39,517 bases of DNA from Gemmatimonadales bacterium. Its GTDB lineage: Bacteria > Gemmatimonadota > Gemmatimonadetes > Gemmatimonadales > GWC2-71-9. A model generated the notes under the pieces. It was not told where the DNA came from and searched no databases. It worked only from the letters and a program-made list of their open reading frames with translations. Shown here piece by piece: positions 1 through 9,200 of the stretch. The position numbers and the translations under genes are program-made. Where the stretch lies: positions 1-39,517 of the forward strand of contig JAYUAL010000438.1 in NCBI GenBank assembly GCA_043741355.1, in the 5' to 3' direction. Positions within the stretch are counted from its first letter, which is position 1, and the number at the start of each line of letters is the position of its first letter.

Positions 1-2091
1 GCGGTGCTCACGATCAGGAATCGCTCCGGCCGGCCGCGGCGGCTCAGCGCAACCGGCTACGTGGAGTGGGTCCTGGGCGACCTCACGGCCACGTCCGCGA
101 TGCACGTCATTACCGAGAGCGATCCCGCCACCGGCGCGATCTTCGCGCGGAACCGCTACAACCCCCTATTCGGGAATCGCACCGCGTTCTTCGCCCTCAA
201 CGAGCCCGGCGCCGGTATCACCGGCGACCGCGCCGAGTTTCTCGGCCGCAACGGAACCCCGGCGAGCCCGGCGGCGCTGGGCCGGGTTCGGCTCTCGGGA
301 CGGGTCGGCGCCGCGCTGGATCCCTGCGCAGCGATCCAGGTTCCCTTCGATCTCGCGGATGGCCAGGATCGCGAACTGGTGTTCAGCCTGGGGATCGGCC
401 ATGATTCCGAAGATGCCCGCCGCCTGGTGCAGCGTTATGGCGGCTCCGCGGCGGCGCGGGCGGCGCTCGAAGCGGTATCGGCCTACTGGAACCGGACCCT
501 GGGGGCGGTGCAGATCACCACCGCGGATCCCGCCCTCGACGTGCTGGCCAATGGCTGGCTGGTGTATCAAACCCTGGCCGGCCGGCTGTGGGCCCGGAGC
601 GGGTTCTACCAGTCGGGTGGGGCCTTCGGCTTCCGGGACCAGCTCCAGGACGTGATGGCGCTGGTGCACGCCGAGCCGGCTTTGGTGCGTGAGCACCTGA
701 TGCGCGCGGCCGGACGCCAATTCATCGAGGGGGACGTGCAGCACTGGTGGCATCCACCCTCCGGCCGCGGCGTCCGGACTCGGTGCTCCGACGATTTCCT
801 CTGGCTTCCGGTGGCGGCATGCCGGTATATCCGCGCCACCGGCGATATCGGGGTGCTCGATGAGCGGGTGCCCTTCATCGAGGGCAGGCCGCTCAATCCC
901 GATGAGGACTCCTACTACGACCTGCCGATCCCGTCCGAGGAATCGGCCTCGCTGTACGAACACTGCGTCCGCGCCATCAAGCACGGGCTTCGCTACGGCG
1001 AACACGGGCTGCCGCTGATCGGCTCGGGCGACTGGAACGACGGAATGAACCTGGTGGGCATCAAGGGCAAGGGCGAAAGCGTCTGGCTGGCCTGGTTCCT
1101 CCACGACATCCTGGTCCGCTTTGCCGAGCTGGCCCGCGCCCGGGGCGATACCGCCTTCGCCGACAAGTGCGAACACGATGCAGTCGGGCTCAAGGAGAAC
1201 ATCGAGCTGCACGGGTGGGACGGAGAATGGTACCGTCGGGCCTACTTCGACGACGGGACGCCGCTCGGCTCGGCGGGCAATTCGGAGTGCCGGATCGACT
1301 CCATCTCACAGAGCTGGGCGGTGCTCACGGGCGCCGGAGACCCCAGCCGGGCCCGCCAGGCCATGGAGGCCGTGGATCGCAATCTGGTGCGCCGGGACGA
1401 GGCGCTGGTCCAGCTCCTCGCGCCTCCGTTCGACAAGTCGACGCTGGATCCCGGGTACATCAAGGGTTACGTGCCGGGAGTGCGGGAGAACGGCGGGCAG
1501 TACACCCATGGGGCTGTCTGGACCTCGATGGCGTTCGCCGCGCTGGGCGACGGCGCCCGGGCCTGGGAGCTGCTGGGGATGATCAACCCGGTGGAACACG
1601 GCAAATCGGCGGAGGCAATCGCCAAGTACAAAGCGGAGCCCTACGTGGTTGCGGCGGACGTCTACGCCGTCGCGCCCCACACCGGGCGGGGCGGCTGGAC
1701 CTGGTACACCGGCTCCGCGGGGTGGCTCTACCGCCTGATCGTGGAGTCGCTGATCGGTCTGAGCCGGGAAGACCGGACGCTCCGGGTCACTCCCTGCATG
1801 CCTCCCGGCTGGCAGCCGTTCACAGTGCGCTACCGGTATGGCGAGACATTCTACCGGATTTCGGTGGTACCCGCGGAGGCCGGTGCGACGGGGGTCACCG
1901 TGGACGGCGTCGAGCGGCCCGGGCTGGATGTTCCGCTCGAAAACGACGGCGCCGCCCACGAAGTCGAGGTGCGGGTTACCGGCGCCGGAGTATCGGCACC
2001 GAACATCGTCGCACCGGTTCACGGCTCCCGCAGCTCGGCACCGATCGAAGCACATCCAGTGTCGGCGGGGCCGGATAGGCCGTCCCAGTGA
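1..2091 (+). CDS. GH94-family glycoside phosphorylase / cyclic beta-1,2-glucan synthase-type C-terminal domain (5' end lies outside the window)
   Basis: The ORF is open to base 1. It carries the motifs [36 protein letters not shown] and WYTGSAGW, which are typical of the GH94 (alpha/alpha)6 catalytic domain. It aligns colinearly by eye with the full-length paralog at 23423..26824. Confidence 0.8.
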   Translation, partial: AVLTIRNRSGRPRRLSATGYVEWVLGDLTATSAMHVITESDPATGAIFARNRYNPLFGNRTAFFALNEPGAGITGDRAEFLGRNGTPASPAALGRVRLSGRVGAALDPCAAIQVPFDLADGQDRELVFSLGIGHDSEDARRLVQRYGGSAAARAALEAVSAYWNRTLGAVQITTADPALDVLANGWLVYQTLAGRLWARSGFYQSGGAFGFRDQLQDVMALVHAEPALVREHLMRAAGRQFIEGDVQHWWHPPSGRGVRTRCSDDFLWLPVAACRYIRATGDIGVLDERVPFIEGRPLNPDEDSYYDLPIPSEESASLYEHCVRAIKHGLRYGEHGLPLIGSGDWNDGMNLVGIKGKGESVWLAWFLHDILVRFAELARARGDTAFADKCEHDAVGLKENIELHGWDGEWYRRAYFDDGTPLGSAGNSECRIDSISQSWAVLTGAGDPSRARQAMEAVDRNLVRRDEALVQLLAPPFDKSTLDPGYIKGYVPGVRENGGQYTHGAVWTSMAFAALGDGARAWELLGMINPVEHGKSAEAIAKYKAEPYVVAADVYAVAPHTGRGGWTWYTGSAGWLYRLIVESLIGLSREDRTLRVTPCMPPGWQPFTVRYRYGETFYRISVVPAEAGATGVTVDGVERPGLDVPLENDGAAHEVEVRVTGAGVSAPNIVAPVHGSRSSAPIEAHPVSAGPDRPSQ

Positions 2092-2104
2092 ACCCGGAGA
2101 ACCC

Positions 2105-2509
2105 ATGCGAAAGGCTCTGAGTACCGGCTTGCTGGCGCTGCATCTCTCGGCGTGTGGCGGCTACGACACCGTCATCATTGCGCCCCCGGGAAACCTGTTG
2201 CCTCCGTCGATCGGCGTCGGCGTGAGCGGCGCCGCGAATCTGACTCGGGCCTCGACGGCCGAGGTGACGGTCACTGTTTTCCGCCCGTCCGGCTTCAGCG
2301 GATCGATCGATTTGAGCGCCGAGAGACTACCGGCGGGGGTGACCGTGGCCTTTGTACCGGCGACGGTGCCGTCCAATTCCTCCACCAGCACGCTCACGCT
2401 GAGCGCCACCACCACCGCCACCCTCGGCACTGTCACCGCCGCGGTGCGGGCCAGGGCCACCGGGATGACCGACGCCGTGGCCCCGCTCGTGATCGGGGTA
2501 AACCCCTGA
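2105..2509 (+). CDS. Small lipoprotein, probably a single Ig-like beta-sandwich; function unknown
   Basis: There is an internal ATG at 2105 with GGAGA at 2096-2100. The N-terminus MRKALSTGLLALHLSACGG is a signal peptide with a lipobox Cys. The body is rich in Ser/Thr/Ala/Val. Confidence 0.6.
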   Translation: MRKALSTGLLALHLSACGGYDTVIIAPPGNLLPPSIGVGVSGAANLTRASTAEVTVTVFRPSGFSGSIDLSAERLPAGVTVAFVPATVPSNSSTSTLTLSATTTATLGTVTAAVRARATGMTDAVAPLVIGVNP

Positions 2510-2606
2510 GCTGCGGTTGCTGAGCGCTCAATGCCCATGGCCGCAAGTCGGTGACCGACCACTGGGATTGCGGGAAGGTGGGGCGCTGTGGCGCCGCCTG
2601 ACCGTG

Positions 2607-2666
2607 CCCTGCACCCCCAAACACGGCAGCTGGCCCAATCACGCCGAGATCGAGCTCAGCCTGGGT
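2607..2666 (+). pseudogene. Relic of an IS630/Tc1-mariner-type (DDE_3) transposase C-terminus
   Basis: The translated frame reads RRLTVPCTPKHGSWPNHAEIELSLG. This matches the conserved (F)HYTPKHGSWLN.AEIE(.)S motif near the C-terminus of IS630-family transposases. No intact transposase ORF or inverted repeats surround it. Confidence 0.45.
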
Positions 2667-2691
2667 GCCCGTACCGCGGCCTCAATGTGCG

Positions 2692-3114
2692 CTACGGGCG
2701 GGCCAATTCGGCCTCGGCCCATTCGGCGAATCTCTCCGCTTGCTGCACGGCCGACCTAGCTTCGTTGACGCTGGCCGCCCGATGACCGTAATGAGCATCA
2801 TCTTTCCAACTGAGCAATCTCCCCAAGCGCTGGTCCTGTTCCTTCGGAAAGCGAGCGCCGATTGCAGTCTTCAGGGTCTTACCCAAACCCCTGTGATCGA
2901 CGGCGTTCTGAATACGCCCGAATTTGATTGATACGGCGTCGCCAAAAGCGATTGCGGAATCAATTGCTTGGGTAATTATGGGGTTGCCTATACTCGTTTC
3001 CTCCGCCATGTCTAGGAGGTCCCGCCCCGCCTGGAGAAAGGCGCGGGCATTGTCGAGGCGGCCCTTCCATTCAGATTCAGAAACCGTCTTCCAAGCGCCC
3101 CGTCTAACCACCAA
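2692..3114 (-). CDS. HEPN-domain protein (putative toxin of an MNT/HEPN, HI0073/HI0074-like pair)
   Basis: The 140-aa protein is predicted to be all-helical and has an R-x6-H motif (GRIQNAVDHRG, R67..H74). Its start (TTG 3114 or GTG 3111) overlaps the stop of the upstream nucleotidyltransferase gene. GC is markedly low, 52.5% over 2761-3000 by hand count. Confidence 0.65.
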   Translation of the reverse strand: MVVRRGAWKTVSESEWKGRLDNARAFLQAGRDLLDMAEETSIGNPIITQAIDSAIAFGDAVSIKFGRIQNAVDHRGLGKTLKTAIGARFPKEQDQRLGRLLSWKDDAHYGHRAASVNEARSAVQQAERFAEWAEAELARP

Positions 3115-3751
3115 TCAAGCTCCTTGGCGCTGGCCCAAGCACCGGAATCGCGTCCGCCACCAGGTTGCGCCACCATTCACTTTGAGACTTCGAATGTCGC
3201 TCCAGGTCCTGTGGTGTGAATGCGACCAGCGAAATAGTCAGCCCAAGCTCGTCGGCAGCCCTGACCACCATGCTGTTGAAGCTTCGGAGCCCTTCCATGC
3301 TTGCGTTAGTCTGCACAATTGCCAGATCTACATCGCTCTGGACAGTGTCCCGCCCACGGGCCACGCTTCCGACAAGCCACACGGCCTTCGGGACGGGTTT
3401 CATTCGCCGAGCAGCCGCGCGGATCCGCTCGAGAAACCGGTCGATTCGTTCCGCCTCTCGTTCAAACAGCTGTCGAATCGCGAGGGCGAGCCTATGGTGC
3501 TCCGCCAGTTGGTACTGCGGACTCCGCCCCGTGCCGCTGGCCTCCACCATGCCAACCGCATTTAGACGCTCGAGCACGCGCCCCGTTCCCGGCTTTCCGA
3601 GGCCGGCACGGATGGCAATGGCCGAGGCGGTCATTCCCCCCCGTTGGAGGCTCAACACCCGGAGCACTCTGACCATTCCAACCGTGCCGATGATCGAGTC
3701 AAGTGGTTGGTAAAAGAAGCTGCTCGGCTTCGCTGGGGGCCTCACCACCAA
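3104..3751 (-). CDS. Winged-HTH fused to a minimal nucleotidyltransferase (MNT; putative antitoxin/regulator)
   Basis: The N-terminal segment VLRVLSLQRGGMTASAIAIRAGLGKPGTGRVLERLNAVGMVEA is MarR/wHTH-like. It is followed by the NTase signature GSVARGRDTVQSDVDLAIV (GS-x10-DxD). The track start is TTG 3751. GTG 3748 or 3745 is better spaced from the GGAGG at 3752-3756. Confidence 0.75.
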   Translation of the reverse strand: MVVRPPAKPSSFFYQPLDSIIGTVGMVRVLRVLSLQRGGMTASAIAIRAGLGKPGTGRVLERLNAVGMVEASGTGRSPQYQLAEHHRLALAIRQLFEREAERIDRFLERIRAAARRMKPVPKAVWLVGSVARGRDTVQSDVDLAIVQTNASMEGLRSFNSMVVRAADELGLTISLVAFTPQDLERHSKSQSEWWRNLVADAIPVLGPAPRSLIGG

Positions 3752-3768
3752 CCTCCTCTCGCGGGTAT

Positions 3769-3814
3769 CTTATAGTGCCGTTAAGTTACTTATAATATAC
3801 CATGGTTGCTTATA
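3769..3814 (-). promoter_or_regulatory. Three CTTATA (TATAAG on the gene strand) hexamers phased at exactly 20 bp in an AT-rich stretch; candidate promoter/operator of the wHTH-MNT/HEPN pair
   Basis: CTTATA occurs at 3769-3774, 3789-3794 and 3809-3814. These sites lie 18-63 nt upstream of the wHTH-MNT start, in the only AT-rich intergenic stretch of this region. Confidence 0.35.
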
Positions 3815-3852
3815 CAGCACAATGCCGCGGTCTACCCCGCGCTGGAAGCTGC

Positions 3853-3876
3853 CAGCCGCGGGAGGTTGTGCGGCTG
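3853..3876 (-). terminator. Weak candidate stem-loop terminator after the EamA gene
   Basis: CAGCCGC (3853-3859) and GCGGCTG (3870-3876) form a 7-bp GC stem with a 10-nt loop about 13 nt downstream of the stop. There is no U-tract, so this is weak. Confidence 0.2.
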
Positions 3877-3888
3877 TGGCGCGAAGGA

Positions 3889-4719
3889 CTAGGTCCGCGC
3901 CTTCGCGGAGATCGCCAGTCCGACCCCGCCCAGAATCGCCGCCGCCGAGAGGGCCAGCCTCAGGGAAACGCGCTCGCCCAGCAGCGCCGTTCCCGCGAGG
4001 GCGGCCACCACCGGCACCGCGAGCTGAATCGTACCGGCCCGGGTGGCGGTGAGTCTGGGGAGCACCGCGTACCACGCCGCGTACCCGAGCCCCGAGGCCA
4101 GCGCCCCGGAGGCCGCGGCAAACCAGACTCCCACCGGACTCAGGTGGGCTTGCGGCAAGCCCGCCGCCGCGAGCGCCAGGCCGAGGGGAGTGGCATAGAG
4201 AAAACTCTCCGCCGTTCGGGGCAGCGGGGCCCCCGCGGTCCGGCCCCGCAGCGAGTAGAACCCCCACGCCGCGCCCGCCACCATCATCAGCAGCGCGCCG
4301 TGAATCGACGGTGCACCCAGCCCGGGCAGGTTGAGATACACCAGCCCGGAAAGCGCTGCGATCAGCCCGATCCACTCCAAGGGCCGAGGGCGCTCACCGG
4401 ACCGGAGCCCGGCACCGATCATCGTGAGCTGCACCGCGCCGAACAGCAGCAGTGCGCCGGTGCCGGTCGGCAGGCTGAGGTACGCGAACGAAAACGGAGC
4501 CGCGTACAGGAAGAGCAGGGCGGCACCGGTCCAGCGGCCCTTCGATGCCGCACGCGGTGCGCCCCGGTAACGAAGCAGAATGCCGAGCACGATGGCGCCG
4601 GACAGGAGCCGGATCGCGGTGAACGAGGCGGGGTCGATGCTTCCGGAGCCCAGGGCCAGCCGGGCGAGGACCGAATTGGCGGCAAAGCAGAGCAGCGCGA
4701 GCGCGCCAAGCCAGATCAC
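3889..4719 (-). CDS. EamA/DMT-superfamily transporter
   Basis: The 276-aa protein is very hydrophobic, with about 10 predicted TM segments and a duplicated EamA-like architecture. Its GTG start overlaps the amidase stop (GTGA). Confidence 0.8.
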   Translation of the reverse strand: MIWLGALALLCFAANSVLARLALGSGSIDPASFTAIRLLSGAIVLGILLRYRGAPRAASKGRWTGAALLFLYAAPFSFAYLSLPTGTGALLLFGAVQLTMIGAGLRSGERPRPLEWIGLIAALSGLVYLNLPGLGAPSIHGALLMMVAGAAWGFYSLRGRTAGAPLPRTAESFLYATPLGLALAAAGLPQAHLSPVGVWFAAASGALASGLGYAAWYAVLPRLTATRAGTIQLAVPVVAALAGTALLGERVSLRLALSAAAILGGVGLAISAKART

Positions 4720-6275
4720 GGGAGTGGCGGGGCGCTATCGGGCGGGTGGCGATGGCGGGTGCTCTGCTCGTACGCATAGGCCAGCCGAAACAGGGTCGCC
4801 TCGCTCCAGGGGCGGCCCAATAGCTGGAGGCCGGCCGGGAGGACGCGCCGGGTGTAGCCCATCGGTACCGTGATCGCGGGAAACCCCGTCGAAGGCGAGA
4901 AGAGCTGGCTATTGTCGCCGTGCGGGGTGTTGAGGTCGCCGATCAGGCGAGGCGGGTTGCTCCAGGTCGGGTACACCAGCGCGTCGAGACGCTGGGCGTC
5001 CATCAGCGCCAGGACTCCGCCGCGGAGTTTGGCGCGGAACTCCTCGAAGTTCCGGCATCCGCCGCTCTGAGCGGGGGCGGTGTCCACCGTCTGCGCCGCC
5101 GTGAGCCGAAGCTCGATCGAGGGATGGAACCGGCGCGAGCGGATCACCGCCTCCAGGGTCCGGACCGGCACCTTGTCGTTCTGCTGCGCCAGCCAGGCGT
5201 TCAGGTCGTACTTGAAGCGGTTGCAGCTCCCGCTCTGGGCCCGCCGCCACGCATCGAGGCTGTCCACCGCCACCGAATCGACGACAACTGCTCCGGCGCG
5301 CTCGAGCTCCGCCAGCGCGGCCTGGAATACCTGAAGGAGCTCGGGATCCGCGGTAGGACGGTTGTAGGCCTGGCGCAGCACCCCGATCCGAGCGCCCTTG
5401 AGCCCATCCTTCCGAAGCGCGGCGAGGTAGTTCTCGCGGGGCCGGCCCCGGCTGGCCGCGGTGAGAGAGTCGTCGGGGTCTTCTCCGACGATCACCTGGA
5501 ACACCGTCGCCGCATCCGCGACAGTTCGGGCCATGGGGCCGGCGATGTCGGCGGTGTAGTTGAGCGGGACGACGCCGGCACGGCTGGTCAGCCCCATGGT
5601 CGAGCGGATGCCCACCAGCGCGTTGTGCGATGACGGCCCCCGGATCGAGTTTCCGGTATCGGTCCCGAGCCCGACTTCGCCCAGATTGGCGGAGACCGCG
5701 GCGGCGGTGCCCCCGCTCGAGCCGGCGGTCACCCGGTCGAGCGCGAAGGGGTTCTTGGTATATCCCGGCAGAATCGAGCTCACCGTCTCGTACGGTGTGA
5801 AGGCGAACTCGGCCATGTTGGCCTTCGCCAGCACGATCGCCCCGGCCGCGCGGACCCTCCTGACCTGGAATGCATCGCGGGTGGAGACATAACCCGCGAG
5901 CGAGAGGGATCCCGCCGTCACCGGGAGGTCCACCGTTTCGAAATTGTCCTTGAGGATCATCGGGATGCAGTGGAGCGGTCCGGAAAGGCCGGAGGCCGTG
6001 AACCCGGCATCCAGGGAGTCTGCGACCTTGAGCGCCTCGGGGTTGAGCGCCACCAGCGCGTTGATGCCGGGGCCGCTCTTGTCGTACGCGGCAATCCGCG
6101 CGAGGTACCGCTCGACCAGCCCCCGGCAGGTGAGCCGGCCCGCGCTCATCGCCGAGTGGATTTCGGCGATGGTCGTTTCCACCACGCTGAAGGCCGCCGC
6201 GCCCTGCGCATGCGCGGAGAGCGCCGGGGCCACCAGGAGGGCCCCGGCCACCAGCCGCCGGAGCCGCGGGCTCAC
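4716..6275 (-). CDS. Secreted amidase-signature (AS) family amidase
   Basis: It has a signal peptide (MSPRLRRLVAGALLVAPALSAHA). AS motifs are present: ILKDN (Lys), AGSSGGTAAAV and GTDTGNSIRGPS. Its GTG start overlaps the upstream stop (GTGA). Confidence 0.85.
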   Translation of the reverse strand: MSPRLRRLVAGALLVAPALSAHAQGAAAFSVVETTIAEIHSAMSAGRLTCRGLVERYLARIAAYDKSGPGINALVALNPEALKVADSLDAGFTASGLSGPLHCIPMILKDNFETVDLPVTAGSLSLAGYVSTRDAFQVRRVRAAGAIVLAKANMAEFAFTPYETVSSILPGYTKNPFALDRVTAGSSGGTAAAVSANLGEVGLGTDTGNSIRGPSSHNALVGIRSTMGLTSRAGVVPLNYTADIAGPMARTVADAATVFQVIVGEDPDDSLTAASRGRPRENYLAALRKDGLKGARIGVLRQAYNRPTADPELLQVFQAALAELERAGAVVVDSVAVDSLDAWRRAQSGSCNRFKYDLNAWLAQQNDKVPVRTLEAVIRSRRFHPSIELRLTAAQTVDTAPAQSGGCRNFEEFRAKLRGGVLALMDAQRLDALVYPTWSNPPRLIGDLNTPHGDNSQLFSPSTGFPAITVPMGYTRRVLPAGLQLLGRPWSEATLFRLAYAYEQSTRHRHPPDSAPPLP

Positions 6276-9200
6276 GGCTTCGGGATCATGATGTTGAGCA
6301 CGCCGCGGTCCCGGAGCTTGGTGGTGAACGCTGGAAGGTCCGCTTTCTGGAGTGCGTCCAGCCGGGCCCGCGCGTCCTGAACCTGGGAGTGCAGCAGCTG
6401 CTGCACTTCGACCTGCTGCGACGTCGGCGCGAACTCCGACACCGAGATCCCGTCGGCAAGCCAGCCCAGCCGCCCCATGAGCTTCATCGGGTAGCGCACA
6501 TCATCCTGTCCTCGGCCGGTGAGCTGAAGCTGTACCAGGTTCTGTTCCACACTCAGGAATTTTTTCTCAAGCGAGTCGGCCTCCGCCTTGAGCCCGATCA
6601 TCGCGGAATCGGAACCGAGGATGTTCTGGAGCGCGATGAGCTGGCTTCGCCCCGATTCGATGGCATTGACCATCTCCGCCACGGCCTCGAGATCGGTCCG
6701 GATCTGCATGAGAACGGCGGTCTGGGCCCGGATCTCCTCCTCGCTCCCCCCGGATCCCGGATCCTTCCGGACCTCGAGGCGCTGGGTCGCGTCCCGGCCC
6801 GACGCGGTCACCTTGACCGTATAGATCCCCGGTGGCGCCAAGATGGCGAGGCGCACGCCGTCGGGCGCCGTCCGGCCGGCGGCGCCCACCGTGATGTCGG
6901 GCGCGTACTGCGGCGGGGTTCGGAGCTTGGCTTCCTTCGACGCATCGAAGCGAAGATCCCACCAGACGCGGTTGATCCCCGGCTTCCCCGGGGCGCCCTT
7001 GATGGTGCGGACGGTTTTTCCGCCGCCATCCTGGACGCCGAGCGTGACGCTATCCTTCGTTTCCGCCTTGAGCCAGTAGTCGAGCGGCACGCCGTTGGGC
7101 GGGTTCTGCCCGGCCGAAGGATCGTACGCCACCACGAACGGCGCCTCGACACCGCGGAGCCGGTAGGCCGCGCGGGGAGCAAAGAGATGAAGATCCTTCG
7201 CGACGAGGGCGGGCCCCATCTCACGGAGCGGGGTGATATCGTCGAGGATCCAGAAGCCGCGGCCGTAGGTGGCCACCACGAGATCACTGAAGTGCTCCTG
7301 GATCGCGATGCCGTACACCGGGGCATGCGGCAGGTTGCTCTGCAGCGGCTGCCAGTTGTCGCCGTCGTCGAATGACACGTAGAGCGCGTTCTCGGTGCCC
7401 AGGTAGAGCAGCCCGCGCCGGACCGGATCTTCCCGCACGGTGTGCGCAAAGCTCAGAGGACTCTTTGGAATCCCGGTGACGATGAGCTTCCAAGTCTTCC
7501 CGTAGTCCGCGGTTCGGTAGACCCAGGGATCCCGGTTGCTGACCTGGTGCCCGTCCACCGCGAGGTACGCGGTGCCGGTATCGTAGCGCGACGGCTCGAT
7601 GTGGCTGATAGTGGCCCAGGCGGGGAGGCCAGGCAGATTGGCGGTGAGGTTGACCCAGGTGGCGCCACCGTCCCTGCTGAGCTGGACCAGTCCGTCGTTG
7701 GTCCCCACCCAGAGGAGGCCCGCCTTGAGGCGCGACTCCGCGATGGAGTACACCGTCCCGGCGTATTCCACTCCGATATTGTCCGGGGTCAGGCCGCCCG
7801 AGCTCTGCTGCCGGCTCTTGTCGTTCCGGGTGAGGTCGGGGCCCAGCAGCTTCCAGCTCCGCCCTCCGTCGGTGGTGACGTGCACGTACTGGCTGCCGAC
7901 GTACACCCTGTTGTGGTCGTGGGGGGAGATGGTGAGTGGGAAATTCCAGATCCAGCGATACTTGAGGTCCGCGGCCGGCGAACCCATCGGCCCGTCGGGC
8001 CAGACCTCCACATTTTGCGCAATGCCGGTGCGAACATCGTAGCGGGTGACCACGCCGCCTGCCGCGCCCCAGCCCGAGGCGGTAGACCAGACGATGTTGG
8101 GGTCCTCCGGGTCGGGAGTGGCCCAGCCGCTCTCGCCCCCAGCCACCGAGTGGAACATTCCACGCGGAATGGAGCCCTCACCGGGCCCGAACTTGCTGTT
8201 GCTCGGCCCCATCGTGGACGGGCCATCCTGCCGGTTGCCATAGACGAAGTAGGGAATCCGGTTGTCGACGGTGACGTGGTACATCTGTGCCACCGGAGGC
8301 TGAATCTGGTTCCAGGTTTTCCCGCGGTTGATGGAGATGGAAATCCCGCCGTCATGCCCCACTACCTGCCGGTTGGCGTCGATCGGGTCGATCCAGATAT
8401 CGTGGTGATCGCCGCCCGGAATCTCGCCATTGGGTGGGTCGATGGTGGTCTTGCCGCCGTCGAGCGTCTTGCTGTAGAACGCCGAGAGGAAGTAGGCCTC
8501 GTTCTCGTTGTCGGGCGCCACCGCCATCCGGCTGTAGTAGGCGGTCCGGCCGGCAAGCTGGCGGTCATGGCTTACCAGCTGCCAGCTCTCACCGGCATCA
8601 TCGGAGCGCCAGAGCTCTCCAGTGCCCGCGTCCTTGCCGCGGACCGGTACGCCGTCACCGGTTTCGATGAGCGCATAGACCCGGTTCGGATTGCTGCGGG
8701 CTACCGCGAGGCCGATCTTGCCCACTGGTGTCTCGGGAAGGCCGTGACCGGAGAGCCGCTTCCAGGTGGTCCCGCCGTCCACCGACTTCCAGATGCCGCT
8801 CCCCGCGCCGCCGCTCTCCCGCCCCCAGGTATGGATCTCGATCTGCCAGGTTGCCGCGTAGAGAATCCGGGAGTTGCCGGGGTCCATCACCAGGTCGATC
8901 GCTCCGGTGCTGTCGTTGACGAAGAGCACCCGTTCCCAATTCTTTCCGCCGTCGCCGCTGCGATAGACCCCGCGCTCCGGCTGCGGGCCGTAGGCGTATC
9001 CCAGCGCCGCCACGAGTACCACGTCGGGATTCCTGGGATCGATGACGATCCGCGCGATTCGTCCCGTGTTGTCGAGTCCCATCCTGCTCCAGCTCTTGCC
9101 GGCATCGGTGGACTTGAATACCCCCCAGCCCAGCGAGATGTGGCTCCGGATGAACGGCTCTCCGGTGCCGACCCAGACCACGTTCGGGTCCGAGGGGGCC

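Noticed and set aside
2517-2785. ORFs 2517..2759(+), 2588..2785(+) and 2665..2931(+) considered as real small genes.
   Set aside because: They have no RBS or family features. The only meaningful signal is the approximately 20-aa IS630-like motif, which I interpret as a decayed fragment rather than a functional gene. ORF 2665..2931 is antisense to the HEPN gene.
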